Shown here one piece after another: positions 1-6,924 of a stretch of DNA of 15,112 nt (its first letter is position 1; the number at the start of each line of letters is the position of its first letter). The position numbers and the translations under genes are program-made. Below the pieces are notes generated by a model. That model was not told the DNA's origin. It did no database searches and saw nothing but the letters and a program-made list of their open reading frames with translations. The stretch is from a virus, in the IMG/VR virus record IMGVR_UViG_3300046808_000096. The stretch is one strand, 5' to 3'.

Positions 1-127
1 GCTTTCGTAAATTTCGATTGAGCCCTTTTCAATGATGAATGAAGATTCATCGATAACTGTTGAAACCATGTTTGCATCTACATAGTAATCAAGACCCATC
101 ACATTGCCGCGAAGCGATGTTGGTGCA
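1..127. repeat. Left copy of an exact 127-nt terminal direct repeat, identical to 14986..15112
   Basis: Direct comparison: gctttcgtaaatttcgattgagccc...gcgaagcgatgttggtgca occurs at 1..127 and again at 14986..15112, ending exactly at the window end. Confidence 0.95.
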
Positions 128-1446
128 GTCTGACCAGCAGAGTTCATTGGCTGACCTGCGTTGTAGATTGGGCGGCCAGTTGTATCAGTTGCGCCCATTA
201 ACAAACTCCAAGTGCCGACACCTGAAACTAATGATGTCGCTACACGCTTTGTAGCATTGTAGGCGGCAGCAGCTTCAGTTGAAACGAACGAGATCATGCC
301 AGCTGAAGTCGCAGCGGTAGCAGTTGCCTGAGTTCCGCCAGCGGTGATTTGTGCAATTACATAAGAATCAATCGCCTGTGCATAGCCATCGCGTAGGTTC
401 TGAAGCATGATTTCATAGAATGATGGATCAGAGCGAAGCAAGAGCTCCTGTGAATAGCGTTGAAATCCAGCCTTTTTAATGACTGTCGCATTGACATAAG
501 CTGAAGTAATTGCATCAGTTCCGGTTGTATCTCCACCCTCAGCGACTGTTGCTACTGAAGCATTCTGTGTGATTTTTGGAATTGATACTGTCATGCCAGC
601 TGCTGGAAGTGGGCGTGTGCCACCGCAAGCATCTACGACTGGGCGAATTGATGTGGTGTTGGTTGCTACTTGACGGACATAAGCAACCGGTGAAAATGCT
701 GGGTTGGTGGTGAAAGAATCATCAGCTGCCATGACATACTGACGAGAATCTTCGTTGCCTAACTTAGCAAGGATTGAATGTTGCAGGTAAGTTCCACCTG
801 AAACGATTGGTGAGCGTGGTGATGTAAAAGCCATTGGCTTTGATGTTGCCTTTACGGCTTCAGATGCTTCTACCGCTACATCATCGGCAGGAGCTGGAAC
901 GGTAGTGTCTGACACTTGTTCTCCTTCGTTTGGATTTGTGTTTGCATCTGAAACTTCATCAGCTTCAGAATCTTCTTTTGGCGTTTCTTCTTCGCCCTCA
1001 TTTGCTGCGACATCAGTAACTCGCGCAGATCGCACCGCTGGTTCGCTTGTTAGCGCGACACCCTCTAATGTGCCTTTCAAAACTTTCATTGTGCCATCTT
1101 TTGCGACTTCATAATCATCAACCTTTAATTCAACGCTAAATCCATCGCGTAGCCCATCCATTGCTTCAACGATTGCATCATTGCCAGCGGTGGTATTACT
1201 AATTTTGAATGTCGCGTTAATTGCTTTGCCGCCATCTGCCAATTCCATTGATAAAGCTTTACCAATGCGGCGTGTGCGGTCATGTTCTAAATTGAGCAAA
1301 ACTAATTTAGGTTCAATTGAACCCTCAGCAAATGTCACTCGACCAGTTGAAGCGTTTGCTACTTCATCGAATGCCACAATGCGACCAGTAATGGTGCGGC
1401 TCTGATCATCAGCTGCCGTGATTGTCATTGGCACATTTAGTTTCAT
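1..1446 (-). CDS. Prohead (capsid maturation) protease fused to an HK97-fold major capsid protein, N-terminal 482 codons. The ORF runs off the left edge and continues in frame at 14985..14866, for 521 aa in total.
   Basis: My own translation from ATG 1446..1444 (ATGA overlap with the portal stop) is open all the way to position 1. It reads MKLNVPMTITAADDQSRTITGRIVAFDEV...LNLEHDRTRRIGKA...DGFSVELK...LEGVALTSEPA, which carries prohead-protease-type His and Ser motifs. An acidic linker ANEGEEETPKEDSEADEVSDANTNPNEGEQ follows, then capsid-like sequence ...GTYLQHSILAKLG...KAGFQRYSQELL...GRPIYNAGQPMNS...LRGNVMGLDYYVD. It is absent from the ORF track because it has no stop inside the left edge. Confidence 0.85.
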   Translation of the reverse strand, partial: MKLNVPMTITAADDQSRTITGRIVAFDEVANASTGRVTFAEGSIEPKLVLLNLEHDRTRRIGKALSMELADGGKAINATFKISNTTAGNDAIVEAMDGLRDGFSVELKVDDYEVAKDGTMKVLKGTLEGVALTSEPAVRSARVTDVAANEGEEETPKEDSEADEVSDANTNPNEGEQVSDTTVPAPADDVAVEASEAVKATSKPMAFTSPRSPIVSGGTYLQHSILAKLGNEDSRQYVMAADDSFTTNPAFSPVAYVRQVATNTTSIRPVVDACGGTRPLPAAGMTVSIPKITQNASVATVAEGGDTTGTDAITSAYVNATVIKKAGFQRYSQELLLRSDPSFYEIMLQNLRDGYAQAIDSYVIAQITAGGTQATATAATSAGMISFVSTEAAAAYNATKRVATSLVSGVGTWSLLMGATDTTGRPIYNAGQPMNSAGQTAPTSLRGNVMGLDYYVDANMVSTVIDESSFIIEKGSIEIYES

Positions 1447-2543
1447 TTAATCATGTCCTCTTCTTCGCGGATTTCTTCAGCCGACATTGCGCCAATGCGG
1501 TTGAGAATTTCATAAACCTGCGCGCGCTCGTAAGCTGAACCGCGTAAGTAATCGTCTAATGAGAATTTGCAAATTTGTGAACTAGGCAGAAAGTCCGGCA
1601 TGGATAACCTTTGCTCAATGCTTGTCATCAATGGTCGAAGTGAGAAATCAACCAATGTTTGTCTTGCTAAATTAGCATTGGCGTAAGTCATCGATGAACC
1701 ACTCTCGGCATCCAAGAAGTAAGCTGGTATTCCGATGGCTCGCGCCAATTCTGTTGCAATGTAGGAACGCGCCTGATTCAATTGAAGTTTTTCAGGATCA
1801 TAACCAATTGTTTCAAGTGATACATCAGCATTTAGGAATGCAGTCGCGCGATTTCTACGCGCTACGCCCCAAGATTCCAAAAGTTTTGCAATGCGATCTG
1901 CTGGAAGAGCTGAACCATTTGATTTCAAGACCATTGTAGGCGCTGGCTCTTTTGCATACATCGCAGCTGCGCGCTCTAACTCTGCACCGGCGCGAATTGT
2001 CTTACCTGCGCGATTTAATAGCCCCTCATCGCTGCCATAAAATACGACTAGCGAACCAACGCCCTCAGTTGGCAATGGCACACCATCAACCACATAATAT
2101 TCAATTTCTGTTGATAAACGATTGGTGACAATTTGAACGCGCGTAGGGTTGATGCGCACCATGTCACGCACTCTGTCGCTCTCGGCATAGAGCTCTTGAA
2201 TTTGCGCATATGCGTAACCATAGAAAAGCAAATCTTCTGCAAGCCATGTGTAAGTGACTGCTGCATTAACGCGGCGATCTGGTAATGAAATGGATTTTGG
2301 TGGGTCGATTTCAGTTCCGCTTGCCTTATCCCACACTTCTAAAGGTAACGCCGCGATTGCGCTGCAAATAATGTTGCGAGCGCGAGCTACCGCTGGAACG
2401 CTCATAGCTTCTTCACGCGTTGCAGTAACTGTGCCATTGAAAGGAATAATCAAAGAATCAATGGTTGGTAATGGAAGAGCTGCCGCGACATCGGCACTTG
2501 ACGGCTCGACTGTTTTAACGCGGAATGTATCCAATAAACCCAT
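1443..2543 (-). CDS. Portal protein (HK97-family size and position)
   Basis: A 366-aa ORF lying between the large terminase and the prohead protease. Its stop overlaps the protease start (ATGA at 1443..1446). Size and synteny are typical of HK97-type portals. Confidence 0.8.
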   Translation of the reverse strand: MGLLDTFRVKTVEPSSADVAAALPLPTIDSLIIPFNGTVTATREEAMSVPAVARARNIICSAIAALPLEVWDKASGTEIDPPKSISLPDRRVNAAVTYTWLAEDLLFYGYAYAQIQELYAESDRVRDMVRINPTRVQIVTNRLSTEIEYYVVDGVPLPTEGVGSLVVFYGSDEGLLNRAGKTIRAGAELERAAAMYAKEPAPTMVLKSNGSALPADRIAKLLESWGVARRNRATAFLNADVSLETIGYDPEKLQLNQARSYIATELARAIGIPAYFLDAESGSSMTYANANLARQTLVDFSLRPLMTSIEQRLSMPDFLPSSQICKFSLDDYLRGSAYERAQVYEILNRIGAMSAEEIREEEDMIK

Positions 2544-2570
2544 GCGCGTATTCTCGCAAGGCTTATAGCC

Positions 2571-4064
2571 CTACATCGCTAAAATGTCTATCTCTATCTC
2601 TGGGCGTGTCGCAAAATGTGTAGCCAATGCCGTTGCCACCGCTGCGCAAACGGCTTGACCGGATGCCCTGCGCCCAATGATCCAACCATCATTTCTTTTC
2701 AAGGCTACGGCACTGAGCATTTGTTTTGTCAGCTCGTCTTGACCTCTATGACGAAGTCGCTGGCTATTTATCGCGCCCAAAAGCTCATCGCAAGATTGTG
2801 GATAGGCGGCATCCATTTCAAAGATAGGAATTCCAGCCGGTTGCATTCTTGCCGCAACTGCACCGGAAGTTTTGCGCGAATAAAGCAAATATTCAATTGG
2901 ATATTTGCGAGCATAAATAGCGGCTTCATTAGCAATTGCTTTATCGTCTAATTGCAGCTCATTCTCCCAAGTGTGTAAAAGCTTTACGACAAATTGCTCA
3001 TTGTCAAGCTTTTGAGCACCGACTAAAGCGGCAAATCTACGATCTGGGCTCATGTCGATGGCAAGCCATGTTAGTTTCTCGGTGTCTAAATCGACTTTGC
3101 TATCTACGCACTTGCTCCAGCTGGATGCATCGACCACGCTATTGATTGTTTGCACCCAACGGCAAAGAATTTCTGTTTGCACGACATCTGCTGGATCATT
3201 AAAGGTCGCTTCTAAGTTATCAGGATGGATAGTCACACCTAAAGCCGGATTTGAATAAGCCGCATTCTCTAGGCTGATTTCATCGGTTGGCGATGACCAT
3301 TCAAAATAGCCAATGTCATCTTTTGCACCTGCCGCAGCTGCTAATGCTCTTTCACGAAAAGAATTGAGCACTAAACTCGTTGCATCACCGGCATTGGAAT
3401 AGCAAAGCAATTGTGGATTTTCGGCAGCCATTAATGTATATCTCAGAGATGCAAAACTTTCCATGTCACGCATTTCGCGTAATTCGTCAAGATGAATTAC
3501 TGCTGGGCGGCTCATACCGCGAGCAGCTGCGCCGCCAGCTTTGAGCACAAAACGATTTCCGTTAAGAGTTTCGATTTCCTCAGCTCCATGAGCCCACCGA
3601 ATGCGTTTTACCTGCTTGCTCATCTCTTCATTCTCTTCAATGATCTGCACGACTTCTCTAAAACGCTCAACCGATGTCGAAAGTCGATGGCTGGATAAGA
3701 TTTGAAGCTTCTCATCCCAATGAAATAAGCCCATCAAGATTCTTGCCATCATGTAGGCGCTCTTTCCGTTTTGGCGCGCCACAATTGCCGTAAATAGCGG
3801 ATGAGCCCAACGATTATCAGGTTTGACCTTGTTTGCGTGTATCGCAAGGTGTTTTTGCCAGTCCATAAAGCCATTTGGAAAGATACTTTCAGCGAAGTCA
3901 ATAAGCTCTTGACCCTTGCTTGGATAGTCGTTATACGGCGTGTGGATGCGTGGTTCAGGCTTTCCTAAGAGCGATTTTGGAGCCTCTTTTAAGACCTCTG
4001 TGAGCCGATTTAAGCCATTATCAGCCGGTCTTAGGTGTATCGGGGCGGAATCAGGCTTGGTCAT
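2571..4064 (-). CDS. terL: Terminase large subunit
   Basis: A 497-aa ORF with a Walker A-like motif (VARQNGKS), a Walker B-like motif (AVIHLDELRE) and a C-terminal nuclease-sized domain. It lies immediately upstream of the portal and downstream of the HNH gene. Confidence 0.9.
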   Translation of the reverse strand: MTKPDSAPIHLRPADNGLNRLTEVLKEAPKSLLGKPEPRIHTPYNDYPSKGQELIDFAESIFPNGFMDWQKHLAIHANKVKPDNRWAHPLFTAIVARQNGKSAYMMARILMGLFHWDEKLQILSSHRLSTSVERFREVVQIIEENEEMSKQVKRIRWAHGAEEIETLNGNRFVLKAGGAAARGMSRPAVIHLDELREMRDMESFASLRYTLMAAENPQLLCYSNAGDATSLVLNSFRERALAAAAGAKDDIGYFEWSSPTDEISLENAAYSNPALGVTIHPDNLEATFNDPADVVQTEILCRWVQTINSVVDASSWSKCVDSKVDLDTEKLTWLAIDMSPDRRFAALVGAQKLDNEQFVVKLLHTWENELQLDDKAIANEAAIYARKYPIEYLLYSRKTSGAVAARMQPAGIPIFEMDAAYPQSCDELLGAINSQRLRHRGQDELTKQMLSAVALKRNDGWIIGRRASGQAVCAAVATALATHFATRPEIEIDILAM

Positions 4065-4353
4065 GGCTTACGCTGGCATTAGGGGTCTTTTGGAAAGGAA
4101 ATAGTCGGGGGTGTGAAAGCTCATCAAAAAAACTACCGCCTTTACTCAAATTGCATCGTTTGCATAAAACTTGCAAGTTATCTAGCTGGTCACCTGCATC
4201 GCCTACTAATCGTTTCGGAATGATGTGATCTATATGCAAGTTACTTCGCTCATCTTCACCGCATTGCACACATATTGCACCATCACGCTTAAAGACAATC
4301 TCGCGAAGCTTGCGCCATTCGCTTGTGCTTCCGCCTTTCCATCCTTTACTCAT
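4051..4353 (-). CDS. HNH endonuclease (packaging-associated type)
   Basis: CVQCGE...HIDHIIPKRLVGDAGDQLDNLQVLCKRCNLSKG is a CxxC...HxxH...N...CxxC HNH/zinc motif. I prefer the start at ATG 4353 (MSKGWKGG...), which forms an ATGA overlap with the upstream stop, over the track start at 4392. There is a 14-nt overlap with terL. Confidence 0.9.
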   Translation of the reverse strand: MSKGWKGGSTSEWRKLREIVFKRDGAICVQCGEDERSNLHIDHIIPKRLVGDAGDQLDNLQVLCKRCNLSKGGSFFDELSHPRLFPFQKTPNASVSHDQA

Positions 4354-4823
4354 TGCCAATTCCTTGTCTTTAAATGCCACATCGCTTTGCATACATTATT
4401 GTCGTATCGATGTGCTACATAACGCAACCACATATCAATTTGTTGATAAGCATTTAGATATTTAACTTTGTCATTCTTCATTTGAAATAAGCCATAATGA
4501 CCAGCATTGTGCGCAAGTGGATTCCATCTGCTTTCAATATGTGCCACATAATATGCACATTTATATTGCTTTTCGCTTATTAGCTTTGAATGTAAGTAGA
4601 GCTTATAGTGATCACTATTAGTTGCTGCATTTAGTGGCATGGTTTGCATGGAGATAGCCGCTAGGCATAGAGATAGCCCAAACGCATTTCGTCTTGCTTT
4701 CGAGCTCACCCTAGCGGGCTCTCCAGCGCGAGAAAAGCGTAACACCTTTGTCAAGGGTGTGGATAACTTACGCTTATTATGACCAGTCATGACCAAGTTA
4801 TCCACAGATTGTGAATTGCTCAA
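4350..4823 (-). CDS. Secreted lysozyme-like / SLT-type transglycosylase-domain protein with an N-terminal signal or anchor sequence
   Basis: HIESRWNPLAHNAGHYGLFQM...QQIDMWLRYVAHRYDNNVCKAMWHLKTRNW matches the ESxWNPxAxNxxxxxGLFQ ... QIxWxLxYIxxRYGxxCxAWxH pattern of small secreted SLT-like proteins. It is preceded by KARRNAFGLSLCLAAISMQTMPLNA, which looks like a Sec-type signal. The start is uncertain: TTG 4823 (TTGA overlap with the upstream gene) or ATG 4790. Confidence 0.65.
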   Translation of the reverse strand: MSNSQSVDNLVMTGHNKRKLSTPLTKVLRFSRAGEPARVSSKARRNAFGLSLCLAAISMQTMPLNAATNSDHYKLYLHSKLISEKQYKCAYYVAHIESRWNPLAHNAGHYGLFQMKNDKVKYLNAYQQIDMWLRYVAHRYDNNVCKAMWHLKTRNWQ

Positions 4824-4993
4824 TTTTTACCAGCCCATCCCTCGCCCTTGAAATGAACGCCAGCAATTCGATAATCGCGGCGCATTTCGGTATTGCATTC
4901 AGGACAAATAGGAATGATCCATTCAGCTGCAAATGGTTTGAATATGGTTTCACGAAAATCGCAAAATTGACATTTCCAAGCATAATCAGGCAT
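4820..4993 (-). CDS. FmdB-family-like zinc-ribbon protein, 57 aa (not in the ORF track)
   Basis: My translation from ATG 4993 is MPDYAWKCQFCDFRETIFKPFAAEWIIPICPECNTEMRRDYRIAGVHFKGEGWAGKN*. It has the MPxYxxxCxxC...CPxC...KGxGW signature. There is an 8-nt overlap with the upstream stop and a TTGA junction with the downstream gene. Confidence 0.8.
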   Translation of the reverse strand: MPDYAWKCQFCDFRETIFKPFAAEWIIPICPECNTEMRRDYRIAGVHFKGEGWAGKN

Positions 4994-5225
4994 TTCTACG
5001 CCTTTCTAATTCGCTGGTTAATGGTTGCAAAACACGAATATTCACAATAACGCCAATCCAAACAAATGGCCATAATAATGTGATGCCAGCCGTCATAGCG
5101 ATAATGAATGCCAATTCAAATTCATCTAACTGCCCCATTTGCCGCTCACTTTTGTAAATAAACATGAACACTTTTTTGAATGTGAATGCATAACCTAACG
5201 CGTAAATAATTAACAATTTAGACAT
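4986..5225 (-). CDS. Small membrane protein (two predicted TM helices), function unknown
   Basis: MSKLLIIYALGYAFTFKK...ELAFIIAMTAGITLLWPFVWIGVIVNIR. I prefer ATG 5225, which has a GAGG 6 nt upstream and an 8-nt overlap with the preceding Zn-ribbon ORF, over the track start at 5291. Confidence 0.6.
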   Translation of the reverse strand: MSKLLIIYALGYAFTFKKVFMFIYKSERQMGQLDEFELAFIIAMTAGITLLWPFVWIGVIVNIRVLQPLTSELERRRNA

Positions 5226-5385
5226 TTTTGACCTCGATTTGCTCAATGCCCATAACTCCACATTCCAAGCATTGAAGTAAAGCAACGCCATCGCCGAGCT
5301 TCATTTCATTTGCTGCATCTAAATTGCCGTGCTTTGTAACTTTTTTGCATACACGGCATTTTGTTTTAATCAATTGCTGCTGCAT
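5218..5385 (-). CDS. Small CxxC...CxxC zinc-ribbon protein, 55 aa (not in the ORF track)
   Basis: My translation from ATG 5385 is MQQQLIKTKCRVCKKVTKHGNLDAANEMKLGDGVALLQCLECGVMGIEQIEVKNV*. AGGAG lies about 8 nt upstream. This ORF fills the apparent gap between the nuclease ORF and the TM ORF, with overlaps at both ends. Confidence 0.65.
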   Translation of the reverse strand: MQQQLIKTKCRVCKKVTKHGNLDAANEMKLGDGVALLQCLECGVMGIEQIEVKNV

Positions 5386-5866
5386 AAATGCTTGCTCCTA
5401 GCGTTTCAATAGGTTGCAAATGGTTTTGGCTAACCCACCAAGTCGGTTGGCTTGCATGGCGATAACGATCTCTTTGTGCCATTGTTACCGGTATCCAGCC
5501 CTTTATCACAAAGTTCGGACTTTTGCCTACCACTAATACCGCTATATCAGTCTTACGATCTGATTCATAGATAATCAATGAGCCGTCTGCATATTTAGTC
5601 CATTTGACTTCAAGCGCATTGCCCACATCGGCTTTGTTTTTGAAGTGGTTATTTGCCTCAGATGGCTCAAATGGTAAACCGTAATACTTAGCCACCGCCC
5701 ATTCAGCTGCAACGCTTTCAGCCTCTTCGCATACACGCTCTTGAAATGATAACGAATTGTTATAGTAATGACCGGAATTGTGACCAGCCAGTTTGCGCAT
5801 AAGCCTTTGAAGTCCAGCTACTGTGCATTGTGCTAATTCATCATTTGCAAGTTTGACATGGTTCAT
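5366..5866 (-). CDS. Putative PD-(D/E)xK-type nuclease (possible exonuclease or resolvase partner of ERF)
   Basis: A 166-aa ORF containing EEAESVAAEWAVAKYYG ... KADVGNALEVKWT, which is an E...D...ExK arrangement, placed next to the recombinase. Assignment rests on motif and context only. Confidence 0.4.
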   Translation of the reverse strand: MNHVKLANDELAQCTVAGLQRLMRKLAGHNSGHYYNNSLSFQERVCEEAESVAAEWAVAKYYGLPFEPSEANNHFKNKADVGNALEVKWTKYADGSLIIYESDRKTDIAVLVVGKSPNFVIKGWIPVTMAQRDRYRHASQPTWWVSQNHLQPIETLGASIYAAAID

Positions 5867-6069
5867 AGCGTTTTACCTGCATCAATGCATCGATTACATG
5901 CCCAATATTCAAAAGGATGATTGACATATCTAAATGCACCATTGTCCGGATGCTCATTGGCTTTGCATAAATCGCACCGCCATGAGATTGGCGGAAGCTT
6001 CAGAATATGCCCCTCGCCGATAAATGCTTGCTCGCCTGTGGCTAGGCTTGTCATGATCATGTATCCCAT
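5863..6069 (-). CDS. Small Cys4 zinc-finger protein, function unknown
   Basis: A 68-aa ORF with WRCDLCKANEHP...YWACNRCIDAG (CxxC...CxxC). It has a TAATG junction with ERF and an ATGA junction with the nuclease ORF. Confidence 0.6.
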   Translation of the reverse strand: MGYMIMTSLATGEQAFIGEGHILKLPPISWRCDLCKANEHPDNGAFRYVNHPFEYWACNRCIDAGKTL

Positions 6070-6707
6070 TACTCACCATCCTTAAAACGCCATTCGCCTG
6101 TGGTTTTAGACATTATCATCCAGCGCGCTTGGCATTGATTGGCTCGATCCTTTTCCGTGCAGGTATAGCCTTTATATGCTTTGCCATCTTTCACGCCCTC
6201 TTTTAATGTCATGGTGCCGTGATTGCAATAAGGTGCATCAGCTGAGATTGCTGCGCTTGCTCTGAAATCCATTGTGTTCGTAGCCCATACATCGACTTCT
6301 TCATCGTTTTGATTGAAAACGCGTGGCGGTTGAACCTTTGATGCCGCATTGCCATCATCATCTTCAGGTGCTATGCCGCAAGCGGTCATTAAGGAATAAC
6401 GGCGAGCGTAGGTTAGAGCTGATCCATAGGCTTGCGGTGTTTGTTGAGAAGCTGGCACAAATAGCGAGCCAGCCTCGTAGATTTCGCCGGAGCGATGTAG
6501 GAAAGTCGTGCTAATGATTATTCCTTTATCGCTTTCAGCAGTGTGCTGGATAAGCGCAATTCCATTATCGTGCAACGCATCAATCACCGCTTCGATGCAA
6601 GCGCCCAAATCTGCATACTTTGAGCGAAAATGTGGGTTTTGGCTATTCTTCAAAGCCGGTTGAAATTTGGTCTGAGCCAAGACTAAAGCTACTGCAATTT
6701 CTTTCAT
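6069..6707 (-). CDS. erf: ERF-family single-strand annealing protein (recombinase) with a Cys/His-rich C-terminal extension
   Basis: N-terminal ALKNSQNPHFRSKYADLGACIEAV...LTYARRYSLMTACGIAPEDDD is the characteristic ERF-superfamily pattern (NPxFKSKYAdL ... aRRY). The C-terminal part is YCNHGTMTLKEGVKDGKAYKGYTCTEKDRANQCQARW. Confidence 0.85.
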   Translation of the reverse strand: MKEIAVALVLAQTKFQPALKNSQNPHFRSKYADLGACIEAVIDALHDNGIALIQHTAESDKGIIISTTFLHRSGEIYEAGSLFVPASQQTPQAYGSALTYARRYSLMTACGIAPEDDDGNAASKVQPPRVFNQNDEEVDVWATNTMDFRASAAISADAPYCNHGTMTLKEGVKDGKAYKGYTCTEKDRANQCQARWMIMSKTTGEWRFKDGE

Positions 6708-6853
6708 CGCTTCACCAACTGACTGATGTGGCGATTAACCGCACGACCTCGCATGTAGCCTTTTACTTGCCCGACATCGAAGCCGCGTAAATAACCGACC
6801 CCAAAACCCATTGCAAAAAACCAAATAAAGCCAATCCATTGATAAGTATTCAT
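6704..6853 (-). CDS. Small single-pass membrane protein, 49 aa, first gene after the only intergenic gap
   Basis: MNTYQWIGFIWFFAMGFGVGYLRGFDVGQVKGYMRGRAVNRHISQLVKR. ATG 6853 is preceded by GGGAG, and the stop forms an ATGA overlap with the ERF start. The longer 74-aa track version (start 6928) would begin inside the upstream stop/gap with a non-ATG codon. Confidence 0.5.
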   Translation of the reverse strand: MNTYQWIGFIWFFAMGFGVGYLRGFDVGQVKGYMRGRAVNRHISQLVKR

Positions 6854-6924
6854 TAGAGCTCCCGATCTAATTGTGAGAGCTTTGTTGCTCCCTGCGTAAA
6901 TGGTGAAGCAAGAGCTATTTAAGG
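6854..6924 (-). promoter_or_regulatory. Only substantial non-coding gap (71 nt), at the lysis-to-early boundary. Candidate promoter, origin or regulatory region.
   Basis: The minus strand reads GCTTGACCTTAAATAGCTCTTGCTTCACCATTTACGCAGGGAGCAACAAAGCTCTCACAATTAGATCGGGAGCTCTAATG. A TTGACC (-35-like) hexamer overlaps the upstream stop codon. AGCTCT occurs three times. There is an imperfect inverted repeat AGCTCTTGCT...AGCAACAAAGCT. I see no convincing -10 box. Confidence 0.25.

Noticed and set aside
60-1405. Plus-strand ORFs 60..254, 905..1114 and 1181..1405
   Set aside because: They lie antisense to a single uninterrupted 482-codon minus-strand frame with clear protease and capsid motifs. They lack RBS context and have low-complexity, Ser/Cys-rich translations.
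2544-2570. Small hairpin GGCTATAAGCC between terL and portal
   Set aside because: The 4-bp stem and 3-nt loop are too weak to assign a function.
1694-4422. Plus-strand and out-of-frame ORFs inside the portal, terL and HNH genes (1694..1939, 2048..2266, 2254..2568, 2616..2951, 2936..3145, 3052..3258, 3492..3698, 4225..4422)
   Set aside because: All are embedded in or antisense to long ORFs with recognisable functions. No independent motif or coupling signal supports them.
4798-5050. Track ORFs 4798..4983 (minus) and 4811..5050 (plus)
   Set aside because: A different minus-strand frame over the same DNA encodes a 57-aa protein with a clear FmdB-type zinc-ribbon signature and overlap junctions with both neighbours. 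The track ORFs have no recognisable features.
5226-5291. N-terminal 22-codon extension of the 4986..5291 ORF
   Set aside because: This stretch is better explained by the 55-aa CxxC...CxxC ORF in another frame. ATG 5225 has a GAGG RBS and an 8-nt overlap junction.
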